From Mytilus californianus (taxonomy: Eukaryota): a stretch of DNA of 64,000 nt. Under the pieces are notes generated by a model, which was not told the origin of the DNA, searched no databases, and was given only the letters and a program-made list of their open reading frames with translations. A program made the position numbers and the translations under genes. Of this stretch, positions 49,991 to 62,384 are shown one piece after another. Each line of letters opens with the position of its first letter. Within the stretch, counting starts at the first letter, position 1. The DNA lies in contig NW_026262604.1 of the NCBI RefSeq assembly GCF_021869535.1, positions 32,178,001 to 32,242,000 on the forward strand, read 5' to 3'.

Positions 49991-51821
49991 GGCCACTTTT
50001 TTTTTATTTGTTGGTTTACGGATCCGCCGACCCTGTATTTCACGATTTTAAAATAAAAATAAAATCGATTTTGAAGATTTTTTTTAATTCCGCCGACCCT
50101 TTTCTGTTTGAAGAAGTACAAATAAAAATAAAAACATGATAAAAAAAAGATCGGTCTTTCTTCTTCCAGTCAGAATACCCTCGGAGTGGATTCGAAAATC
50201 CCGTGCGGTTCCCTGTTCAGTCAACGTTTCATCATGATCTAATGTGGTGAAAAGGAACCAGTTGAAAGGCGGTTCCCTGTTCAGTAAACATTTCATCATG
50301 ATCTAATGCGGTGAAAAGGAACCAGTTGAAAATGGAGGACCAGATACGATTTTACAAATTATACTTACATGTACTTAGATTTACACATTAATTGTTGGAG
50401 ATTTTCGGCGTAAATCTAGCGGTTGAACAAAATGAACATCGTAGTCATGAATAATAAAAATAAAAATTATTTTTGAGATCGTTTGGGAATTTTGGTTTAA
50501 AAGGTCAGACCACCGCTAATTTGAACCACAGGCACTTGTTTCTATCCATATTCTATTTATATGGATAGTCGACCTTCCTATGGATAGAAACAAGTGCCTG
50601 TGATTTGAACCCCTGTTTCAGACAGTCAGTGAGGTTGACGGCGGGTCAACTTTGGTTCAAGTGTTGATCAGAAAGTTTGAAACCCGTTGAAAGGGGCTGT
50701 TTTAGTTCCATTACACATATGAGGTACTAGTCCAAATAATTATGACGTCTGGCAAGGCTTCCTGGCATCCCATATTTGTTTTTAAATAGCCTTGCCAGAC
50801 GTCCCTAAAGGGAAGGATCTTTTTACTTGCTGCCAGGGATGGGTGTCTGATTAATTGGTCTTATTATATAAATACCTAAATACCATCCAACGGTACCCAT
50901 TGAGATTTAATGGAACAGAGATGGGATATGGTGAACAAGATCCCAACACAAAATCAGAACATGTATTACTGTCATAGAATGCCTGACAATTAAAATCACT
51001 TCGACATTAATTTTATAAAAAGGGACAATCACAGGACACTTCGAGATATAAGCTAATACTTAGCAGTGTAAAATAGCATAAAAAGCCTAAAAAGGACATG
51101 TTTTCATGTACCACATATGTCATTATGAAGGCATATAACATGCAGAGTGCATATGGTATTTCCTCAATAAGATTGTATTGTGTTATGAGGAATTTTGTCA
51201 CTCCCTGATCTAAATTTGATAAATAAATACACAGAACAAGGAGAAATGCAATTGGAAAAGACATTTCCCTTTCATCAGGGACATATATATATATATCTGC
51301 TTTCATCAATCTACATTGACATTGGACTCCTTGTAACACATTTATTTTAAATTAAAACAACAAGAATTAATACCAAATTATGAAACGATCTGCATACATG
51401 GTTAGTATAATACTATAGACGTATTAACACTTGTATGCAAATTTGTCTGCCATTACGTAAAATCACACATGTTCCCGTAAACTTTGACATCATAATTTAA
51501 AATATTTGACGTCACAATTGAAAAGTGATTGTTGCTTGACGTCAAAAGGTGATTTGGAGTCGATCTAAGGTCATTCGGAGGCAAGATACAGCAAAATACC
51601 AAAAGTGTAAATACGTTTATTATATAGAGTAATGTCATTGTTTGTTTCTCTCCATTTTTGGTAAAAAAAAAACAGTATTAATTCCAATTTTTATTTTTAA
51701 TTTTTATTTCGACCTCCTACCCTATATTTTTTCATTATTTTTATTTTTATTTTTTTTTCGACCTCCTACCCTTCCTTTTTGAAGAAGAATCCCGTAAACC
51801 AACTAATAAAAAAAAGTGGCC
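49991..51821. mobile_element. Harbinger-type non-autonomous element, GGCCAC TIRs, TTA TSD
   Basis: tta|ggccacttttttttatttgttggtttacgg ... ccgtaaaccaactaataaaaaaaagtggcc|tta. Confidence 0.85.
50527..50602. mobile_element. 76-bp MITE with 24-bp perfect TIRs and an 8-bp TSD ATTTGAAC
   Basis: cacaggcacttgtttctatccata / tatggatagaaacaagtgcctgtg. The empty site is visible in the paralogous terminus at 48527-48547. Confidence 0.9.
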
Positions 51822-52191
51822 TTACAAGGATAGTTGGTAACATTTACTAGAAGAATTTTTGCAATTTTTTGTTTTTTTGAAACATGTTCAGAACCAGCAA
51901 CATAATTTTGATAAGATATAAACTGCAGTTTAAATAAAATTGTGCAAATAAAGAGACCTATATTATTAAATTTGAGCTCATTTTATCCTCATACTGGAAA
52001 AGCATTATTTTCTTCTAAAGACCTGCTGTAAATGCAATTTTCAGCAATAGTGCTTTATAAATGTTCATTTTCCCCACCATACCTTATAAATATGAAATAA
52101 TTCAAACTACTCTTCTAATCTTCCATGAGTGATTTCCATCACTTTGATTTTGTGAAACCGACTTCAGGTTACCCAAACTCAGATACATGTA

Positions 52192-53046
52192 TTTTTTTAT
52201 ACGCCCGTCAAAATTTTGACGGGACGTATTATGGTATACAAATGTCCGGTGTCCATCCGTCTGTCCGGCGTAAACATGTCGCACAGTAACTTGAGAACGA
52301 CTTATCTAAATTTCATGAAACTTAATATAGTTGTTTTTTATGATGGTCAAATGATCTGTATACTTTTTGGTGAAAATAAGATTTAAACTTTTTGAGTTAC
52401 GGCACTTTGTAACTAAAACAGGGGTGTGTTTTTTTTCACATGTCGCACCGTATCTCAAAAACGATTCTTGATTATTGCTTAAAACTTTACACACTTCTTA
52501 GTTATATTAATCTTAATATCTGTATACTTTTTGCTGATGATTCAAAATTTCATTTTTGAGTTATTGAGTATTTTGTAAAAAAGGGGGAGGGTTTTTTTAC
52601 ATGTCGTGCCGTATCTCAAAAACGATTTATGAACATGCTTAAAACTTTACACACTTCTTTGTTATATTAATCTAAAGATCTGTATACTTTTTGGTGATGA
52701 CTCAAAATTTTATTATTGAGTTATTGAGTACTTTGTAAATAAAGGGGAGGTTTTTTTTTACATGTCACGCCGTATCTCAAAAACAATTTATGATTATTGC
52801 TTGAAACTGTACACACTTCTTTTTTATATTAATCTAAAGATCTGTATACTTTTTGGTTTGATTCAAAATTTTATTGTAGTGATATTTGTAAACAAAAACA
52901 GGGTGGGGGGGTTTCACATGTCCCGCCATGTCTCAAAAACAATAAATGGTTATTGCTTAAAACTTTATCAGAAACTATTTATGATTATTGCATAAAACTT
53001 CCACACAAGACGTCGGGCGTATCATGCGCTCATGGACCAGCTGTTT
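52192..53046 (+). mobile_element. HINE-type element with ~161-bp monomers
   Basis: atacgcccg / cgggcgtat subTIRs, cccgtcaaaattttgacggg hairpin, monomer anchors at 52448, 52609, 52770 and 52926. Confidence 0.85.
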
Positions 53047-53342
53047 ATTAGGCCTTGTGTTCCTGTTCCTGTGTGTGATTTTTTTTATTTGCAGTCAAAA
53101 AGTACTGGATGAATGTATGATAGAATCTGATACATGTTTGTCTAGGCCAACATTTTTTTTGATATCTGTTTTGAGAGAGAGCTTTCACTATTTGCGGAGA
53201 AATTCTTATAAAAATAAAAGTGAATGTTATAGCTTATATTTTATTTTCACTCCCTATCCTATCATAATGTACATGTAGCAGTGTTTCCCATTTTAGCACC
53301 GCAATGAAAAACATTTTATTTGTCCATGCCTCAATATTTTTT

Positions 53343-53507
53343 TTTCTTTTAGATGTTGCATTCACCAGACACATAAGTTTTGTCCAAATATGCCCAATAT
53401 TATGAGGCTATTTCTCCAACCCAATATTTTTATTTCTTTTAGATGTTGCATTCACCAGACACATAAGTTTTGTCCAAATATGCCCAATATTATGAGGCTA
53501 TTTCTCC
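53343..53507 (+). repeat. Tandem duplication (75 bp identical, 90-bp period) containing a splice-acceptor-like site
   Basis: tttcttttagatgttgcattcacc...gaggctatttctcc occurs twice. Confidence 0.9.
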
Positions 53508-54557
53508 CATAATGCAATTTAAAAAAAATGGATTCTAGTTCTGAGGACCACATGGAATTACCTGTTGGATTTTTGCTCATTCTATCTGACTACGATTTCT
53601 CAGTCATTTGCAGCTTTTGTCAAGATAACAATTTGGATGTGCTTGAACTTTATATTGATGGAACCAATGCACTTGCTTTTTATGATTTAATGGAATTTAA
53701 TGCTGTAGTTATTTATTCAAACAACAATTCAATTGAATACATGAAATATTCTATAGATTTTGAGCAAGGAAATTAGGTATTTATATGTTGATCTTAACAA
53801 TACATTGTTTTGTATTCATAACCCCGTAACAGTTTCAGGTGGTATATTTGGAATTACCGTCAGTCTCTTGTCTGAACATGTTCATAGGTCCCCACTTTTC
53901 TTGTGAGTGGGATTTCTCTTACATTTAAACAAAAAATTAAAATAACAATCAGATTTATCAATGTCATATAAAAATTGGTAGAAGTTTCAGTACATATATT
54001 GTTACTCGAACAACAGCATATACTAGGTACGTTCTTGGATCACATGCAGTGACATGGTGACATTGATGAATACTACTAAAAACAGATTTTTATGGCCTTG
54101 CCACTGAATGGTACGGGCAAATAGTGTTTCAGACTGCAGGGTCACCAAAAGATTGTTACTGAATTTGTGTTTGCTTTTGAATTGAAATAATTGACTGTGA
54201 ATAGAAGAAGCCAGTTGAAAGTATATATTGTAAGCTCGACTATTTTATGTATTACTTGGGACTGTACATAATGTTTCCAATTATAACTCTTTGGCAAATT
54301 CTTATTTCTACTAACCAGATGATTTATGCAAATTGCACAAACCTATCGCAATATAAATTTATGCACTCAGTTTGCTTTATAATGAATTATGGATGCCTTT
54401 ATTTTATCTATCATATCTTTATATTTTGCTTAAATCAATTCAAACATTATACAGGGAAACTTTGTTTTGCCGAAGAATTTCTTAATTCAGAAGTTTATGA
54501 ATACCTTCACACACGTTCGAAATAACCAATTTATATAAATAGGTATGTAGCTATAAA

Positions 54558-54650
54558 AAGATACCAAAATTAAAATGATGTTCGCCAGACACGAGTTAAG
54601 TCTACAAGAAAAGCATCAGTGACGCTCGAATGAAAAAAGTTAAAAGGCTA
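54558..54650 (-). mobile_element. Short family-A retrozyme fragment with a decayed hammerhead
   Basis: Minus strand gagcgtca CTGATGC..gtagac TTAA ctcgtgtc tggcg; core broken. Confidence 0.65.
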
Positions 54651-57497
54651 AATACATGTACATTTCAAATTTAAGGAATCTATTCTTTGGGTAGAATGAA
54701 TCTATTTTCAAATTCAAACATTCCACATTGTGAATATATATATTACTATGCAAAATATAAGCAAATGCTTCTAAATCCATGCTAAAACAGTATAAAATAA
54801 TCAACATTATGGTCGTAATTAAATTTTGTTGTGATAATTGTAAATTATTTTTAGGGTTGATGTGAGCTGCAAGGATTAAAATCATGCTTTATGAATTGAA
54901 AACACACAACTATTTATATTCACGACCGTTCAAAGTTTGAATATTTACTAAATTTATCTTACTTTCTGTTTTCTGAATATATAATAATACAAAAAACAAA
55001 TAATTACTCATCAAACCAAAATAACAAAATGGTATGAAATAAATAACGTAGAAATATAAGGATTGTTGTTTATAAACATTTTTTTGTATGATGCAAGAAT
55101 TTATTAAGATTTAATTTTTATGTTTCTTGTACAAATGAATATTTAAAAATATCAAAGCAGAGTATCTTGTCATATAAAATGCTTATTTCTTATTTGCAAC
55201 TCTGAAAACTTTCTGATTTCAATTATTGTTAGTTTCTTCAGACACATAAATACAGTATATATTTTATACATATTTCTATGATTCGGATTGAATAAAATAA
55301 ATTTGATAAGAATGATATTATCTTTCTGTTTTCCGATCTGATATTATTTTTTTAATCAGAATGTTTTCTCTCCCAAATCTTTGATGGAATACACAGTATC
55401 CCGTGGTAAAATCTTCAAACATAATTAGTTTACATGTTATCGAGACAACAGACACTACCACTTTATAATTGACCTAGATACACACACTGTACAGTGGTCA
55501 TTTTAAAACATATAATTGCATCGTCAAGGGCCATCAAGGGACCACATCAAAGACTTGTTAACGACCTGTTAAGACCTGTATTAATGACCCAAAACTTTCG
55601 AGACGTTTCAAGAAATTTATTCTGACTTCCGGCCGAGAGATATCGAGTGGCCCATAGACCCATCTAAAACTCGCCAATATATAAGCAGGGGGTTCATGCA
55701 AAAATCCTTCCCGAGTCCGAGAGTGATTGAAATTTTACCTGAGGGTGTCTGAGATTTTTCTATCTTGTACGTACTTCCATCTGTGTTTGATTCATTTTCT
55801 AACTTTCACACTTCATGCCAACCATTTTTTCGCTCACTTTCATCCGCCATTTGTAAACATTGATTGAAATATAGAGAAGAAAATGTGGTGTAATTGCCAA
55901 TTAGACAACTCTTCACAAGAGACCAAATGACACAGAAATTAACAACTATAGGTCATGGGGCATATGACCTTCAACAATGAGCCAAGCCGTTACTGCATAG
56001 TCAGCTATAAAAGGCCGCCCTGAAATAACAAATGTAAACAATTCAAATGAGAAAACTAACGGCCTAATTAATGTACAAAAAATTAACAAAAAAAAACAAA
56101 TATGTAAGTCGAACACAGCAACAAACAACTATCACTGAATTACAGGCTTCTGACTTGGGACAAACATAAATGTCAGTGACGTCATAATGCTCCACTGTTT
56201 TGTCTCAACCCTAGGATGAAATAGATAAATCTCAAACCAGTTAAAAACCAGAACAAATGTATCTCAAAAGTGAGAAAGTTACTCTGAGTTTGGTATTTTT
56301 GTAATCTACTTTCTACTGTTTGAACTATACATGTCATATGTGATTTTTGTTTATAGAAAACATTTTGTTAATTGTAGGATTGTATGGTCCAAACTGCCAC
56401 AAACACCTATCCTTTGGCCTGTAAGAGTGGTGAATCAGGAGCATTTAGAAACTGAAATATATTGCTACTCAGATAACGCATAGTAAGATTATTTACTTAT
56501 TAAATTCACAGGTCTTCCTTTGTCAATTACAAGTATTTTACTGTATTGTTGTTGCAATCTCCCTCTTTGGTCCATAAAAATGTGGTTCACTACATTTTGT
56601 GTTTACTACAGCATTTGAGGCCTTGTATGCCAATAGTATAGGATTTAGTAATTCATTTATATTTTGAAATTAATTAAAAAAAAAAAAAATAGTGCAAGAT
56701 CATTAGATGTACATGCAGGTTGCAGTATTAGAAAATTGAGCATGGCACATGGCCTTTTCAACCCCTGTCATAGCCTTTATAGCTCACCTCATAAAGTGAA
56801 GGAGGCTTTTGTGATACCATGAGTGTCCTCATTGTTGTCCAGTTAGAAAGAATGATTAGTCCATTCCTGCTTTGGACTGTTCAATTAAAACATACCAGGT
56901 ATCTAGGAAAGTTACATTTTATCCAGGGAAGGAAGTTGATTGGATGAACGCTTTGTTAGCTGTGACCTATATTTATATAAGGTTGAATGACTCCACCTCA
57001 GTCTTGGTAAGGCTGAATGGTTAAAGTCCATTCCCAACATTTTGGGTTTTTACAATGAAAGAAATATTTGAAAGTATATTGTGGACATATGCCTACATCA
57101 TTATTCCTTCATATTCCTTTTCTTACACAGTCTGTGCGCAAACATATTACAAAATTGTGCACAAACATGTTTCTCCTGTTTTTATCACATGGTTGGTATA
57201 CGTAGGTCAAGAAAGGGCATCCAACAGAGTAAATACATATACATATCACGTCTATCAGAGATATAAAGGTTATAAAATGCCTGATAACCAAGATATTAAG
57301 TTTTTAGTTTCTGTCATGTCTGTATTGGCTTATTAAGTCCCTGAGCCAATTTCAGATCTAGATATTCACTTAACATTTCGTGCTTTTCAGCATTGCAGTA
57401 AAAACAAAAGACATGCATGTGTTTCCTGGAAATGACTTTCACAAAATAAAAACTGAAGCACTAGGTATCTGATAATTCTGTTTGTTGTTTGTTTATA

Positions 57498-57783
57498 AGG
57501 GAAGGACCATTTAACTTCAAAAGGTGGAGTGTTTAGTTTTAAAATAGAAATATATATTTCATCCATAATTAATTTATGTTATGTTGAAGAAAAAAAATTT
57601 GGTGAGGGAGGGCAAGAAAAAAAATGTAAATAAAAAAAATATTCTGATGTAAATATTGAAAAAAATATTTGATTAAATATGTGCTTAATAATTAAGTAAA
57701 TGAATTTTCTTGCGCTGTGTGTGAAAAATAATCTGAGCTGGGGAAAAACCCAAGCCCCCCTTGAAATGAAATGGTCAGTCCCT
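57498..57783. mobile_element. MITE with AGGG...CCCT termini, flanked by TA
   Basis: agggaaggaccatttaacttcaa pairs with ttgaaatgaaatggtcagtccct. Confidence 0.7.
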
Positions 57784-58353
57784 TACTGAGTTAAACTTAG
57801 TTTTATAAAGTTTGTTATTGACTTATTGAGTTTATTGTTACTCTTGCTCAATTATATATATGCTAGTAGTCTGTTGTTATTTATGTATTATTGTCATTTT
57901 ATTTATTTTCTTTTGTTACATCTTTTGACATCAGACTCAGACTTCTCTTGAACTGAATTTAAATGTGCGTATTGTTATTCGTTTACTTTTCTACATTGGA
58001 TTGAGGTATAAGGGAGAGGGTTGAGATCTTATAAACATGTTTAACCCTGCTGCAATTTTGCGCCTGTCCCAAGTCAGGAGCCTCTGGCCTTTGTTAGTCT
58101 TGTATGATTTTATTTTTAGTTTCTTGTGTATAATTTGGAGTTTAGTATGACGTCCATTATCACTGTACTAGTACGCATATTTTTTAGGGGCAAGCTACGG
58201 GTGCGGGAATTCTCGCTACATTCAAGACCCATTGGTGGCCTTCGGCTGTTGTATGCTCTATATTCAGGTTGTTGTCACTTTGACATATTCACCATTTCCT
58301 TTCTCAATTTTATTCAACTTACGACTTTGTATAAAAAAAAATTAGACAATTTA

Positions 58354-60762
58354 TTTTTAGCTCACCTAGCTTGAACCATGTGAGTTTATGCATTCACTAT
58401 GTGTGTCCATCGTCCATACACTTTTTCAAAAACCTTGACGTCATGGAAACTACTGAATGATAATGTTCATGGAAGTAATTTTCAAAATGACTGCCACCTT
58501 CCTAAAAAGTTTTTGGCTACATGTATGCATTTCTGTTAAAATTTGTAAAGCCTTGATGTTGGTGGTGCTAATTCCTCCAGTTCAGTGTGATGAGTTCTAC
58601 CTGTATTCAGATTTTCATGAAAATTCTTGAACCTATATTGGAGTTATGGCCCTTGTTATTATAATTTAATGTGTAGTGTATTAAATCGTTGTTCAAAATT
58701 ACAGTAGTTTTAATTTTTTAAAGTGTAATATGCTATAGGTGAGCGATTCAGACTTGATTTTTGTCTCGCCTTGACATAGCAAGACATAGATATAGTTTGT
58801 GATTATATAATTAGGTGTAGTTTATGGTGAACAGCAAGTGGTAGGTCAATCATACTTGGTATGCAGTTGTAAAAACATTGGCACATCTCATATCCATGGA
58901 GATTATTTGGCCCTGCCCCCTCAGTCATGGTCTATTGACTCAGAGTACGCGAACATGTTTTTTGAAATGTCGGTTCATGGGACGGACAATGCAAGATTAT
59001 TTGTCAGTCCTACAAAATCTTAGCCAGTCCTAAAAAATCTGTCAATTTTATCCTCAAATAAAAATAATAACATATTTTATCAATAAATAATTTTATTATT
59101 ATTAGTTTTATTTTTCACAGCCACAGACAAAGTAACAATAAAGCCAAGGACCAGTTCTGTTCTTCTGATTGTTCTTATTTAAAGTCATCTTCACTATCTA
59201 TTTCATCATCTGAATCACTTTCTCAGTATTTGTTATCTCCATCAAAAGATTCAATCCCTGATTGATTGCTTGGGATGGCTATATGAACAAATTAAGTAGG
59301 TCACATGTAGATCAGCACTTTGGTTTCAGTTTGTTTATAATAGGAAACCCGTACCAGATATTAAGCTGCAGGTAAATCTGATGACCGATGTAAACATGTA
59401 CTGGAATTAATTGCGGTACATCTAATTACCAATAAAAAGGCACTGCAACGGCCATTTTACATCTGTCATTGGGACTGGCACTAGCCTTCAAAATACTGGT
59501 CCGAGACTCATTTTGACCAATAGGACTGACAGGACTGACCATTTTCGCGAACTCTGTTGACTTGGAAACTTGCTTATTTTGCATGTGTTTGTTTGTGATG
59601 AAGTCAGTTTATGGGGAACCATTAGTGGTAGGTGAATGATATTTGGTATGCAGTTGTATAAGCATTGGCATATCTCGTTTCCATAGAGATAATTTGGCTC
59701 CGCCCCTAAGTCATGGTCTATTGACGTTGAAATTTTTTCTAAGTTATCTTGTATTAGTTTGTGATTAGGTTAGTTCAAGGGGAACCATTAGTCCATTAGT
59801 GGTAGGCCGATGTTAATTGGTATTCAGTTGTATAAGCATTGGCACATCTCATTTCCATGGAGAATATTTGGCCTTGCCCCTTAGTCTAATGACTTTGAAA
59901 CTTATCTTAGTTTACATGTATTAGTTTGTGATTAGATCAGTTTAAGATTGATTGATTGATTGTTGGTTGCTTAACGTCCAGTGGCAAATATTTCATGCAT
60001 ATTCAGGACGAGAACAAATTAACAATAAATACAATAGGTAGGTTCTGTAATAGGGGCGTCCGGGATTAAGGTCGGAGAAATTTAGACTGCCACGGGAAAT
60101 TAGGGTATATTGGATAGGGACAGAAATTTAGCCTTACAACAGGTCACCTACGGACCCCTCAAAGAGTTGTTGCAAGGGTTCTTAACGTGCAAAGAGCGTG
60201 GCACTCTCTTTACACGAGGCATCGGATTTAACGTCCCCATTCTGACCGGACGTGGCTGCAAATTTGTACATCCCGCACAGCCAAACGGACGCCCCACTTT
60301 AGCAAGGGTTTTACTGCCGGTCGGAGGAAGACCAATGGTGACCATACTTCTATTCCCCAGTCACCCTTGGGGGGATCAGTTTAAGATGAACTGCTTATGT
60401 TAAGTCAATGATATTTGGTATACAAATTTATTTGCATTTGCAAGTATTGTTTCCATGGAGATTATATAGTCCCACCCCCTCTTTATGGTTCATTGACTTT
60501 GAAACTTTTACAAAGTTTACAAGTTAATGTTTGTATTTATATTTGGGAACGACTTATAATAGGACAATGGTATTTGGTATGCAGTTATAATAGCATTGGC
60601 ACAGTTCAATTACATTGGACATTGTTTAGCCATATTATGGTTTATTGACTTTGAATATTTGCATAACTTGTGTAAGATCTTAGATTATTGCTATTTGTAT
60701 TTCAACATTTGCATAATCAAAATAACAGAAAGGCGAGACATATCTCTGTGATAACAGTTTTT
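58354..60762 (+). mobile_element. Adjacent and interrupted HINE-type elements (58354-58752; 58758-60762 with ~160-175 bp monomers)
   Basis: tttagctcacct / aggtgagc pair, then tgtctcgcct / aggcgagaca pair; monomer anchor ggtatgcagttgtataagcattggca. Confidence 0.65.
59949..60373 (-). mobile_element. Second Deu-core SINE copy, bounded by a 14-bp TSD
   Basis: Reverse complement of 17331-17751; TSD gatcagtttaagat at 59935 and 60374; inserted in a HINE monomer. Confidence 0.85.
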
Positions 60763-60823
60763 TAAATCATTAATAGAAATATTACAAAATATATATTCAA
60801 AGCCTCATCAAATCTTTCAGTAA

Positions 60824-61978
60824 TTTTTATATGACCGCAAAAAAAAAAAAAAATTTTGTGGTCGTATATTGGTATCATGTTGTTGTCCGAAGACGGATGT
60901 TTCTGGATAATAACTTTAGTAAAAGTTAATAAAAATCAATAAAATTTTAACACAATGTTTATAATTACAAAAGGAAGGTTGGGATTGATTTTGGGGGTTA
61001 TGGTCCCATTGGTTTAGGAATTAGGGACCCAAAGGGGCCCAAAACATACATTTATCCAGAGATGCAAACAGTTTTTTTTCCTGTCAGACATTGGGGCCTA
61101 CAGGGTAACAAGTTTTGCCAGACCCATCACATTTCTGCCAGACCTTTTTTTTCACTCAAATAATCTGCTTGTAATATAATGGAAAAAAACCAGCCTAAAA
61201 GCACATGACTTTCAACAATTGTAAACAAAGCATTCAATTTGTGATCATGGATTACAGCTTTTAATTAATTTAATTTGGATATAGATATTAAACTGAAGGT
61301 ACAATCAAGCAATGTTTTTATTTTTTATTTTGGATTAAAACGAATTTGAAAGAAAAGTATAGAAAATAAAATAATCTTTGACATCAAAACAGACGATCTG
61401 AAATATATTGTGAATATGCAGTGACCCATATATTTTTTGAAATCTGCTACGGAGGTCAAAATGACATCATATTTCAAACCAATGGTGTGTTTTCTCTGTT
61501 ACAACTTATCAACTGCATTTGAAATAAATATTTCAATAAATTAATGCTGTCCAACATACGATTTCAAAACTGAAATTTATTCTGCAAAAGGTTTTTTTTT
61601 TATACAACTGCAAAAATTGAAAAGCTTTAGGTTGTATATTGGTATCACGTTCAGGTGACGTCGTCGTCCCAAGACTTGGTTTTCACACTATAACTTTAGT
61701 ATTAGTAAATAGACATCTATGATATTTTAACACAAGGTTTTTGACCACAAAAGGAAGGTTGGGATTGATTTTGGTGAGTTTTGTTCCCAACAGTTATAAT
61801 TAAGAATCAGGGGCCAAAAAGGGCCCAAATAAGCATTTTCTTGGTTTTTGCACAATAACTTTAGTTTAAGTAAATAGAATTCTGTAAAATTTTTACACAA
61901 GGTTTATGACCACAAAAGGAAAGTGGGGATTGATTTTGGGAGTTTTGGTCCCAACAGTTAAGGAAATCGGGGCCAAAT
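60824..61978 (+). mobile_element. Two 5' fragments of a HINE family (60824-61050 and 61596-61978; monomer ~165 bp)
   Basis: atatgaccgc..gtggtcgtat head hairpin, (gtc)n, shared monomer caaaaggaaggttgggattgattttgg. Confidence 0.65.
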
Positions 61979-62384
61979 TTATGTCATTAAAATGCCTGAA
62001 AGTGCCTATATAACATGCCTAAAAGTGCTTAAAAATAAATGCTGAAGTGTCCTAATTTTGTGGTGATTTGATGAAAAAGATGGTAGTCATTATAAAAAAA
62101 TAGAACATGCATGTAAACCTTGTGTAAATGCAGTTTTTTTGCTAGATTTCAATAGAAAAAGGAAAAAAACTGTTTTAAAGATGAATATGATATCCCAAGT
62201 TAAATAGCCATAATGTAAAAAAAGTAGGTGTGCCTTTTTTCCAAAATGGCTACCAATTTTTCCCCCAAAATCATAATGGATTTCTAAAAAAAAGTTGATC
62301 TTCCTGTTTGCAAAATTAAACAAATGATGCATGAACTTGACTAGCATTATATCTAGTTAATAGTAAAGACTCTTTCTGTATGAC

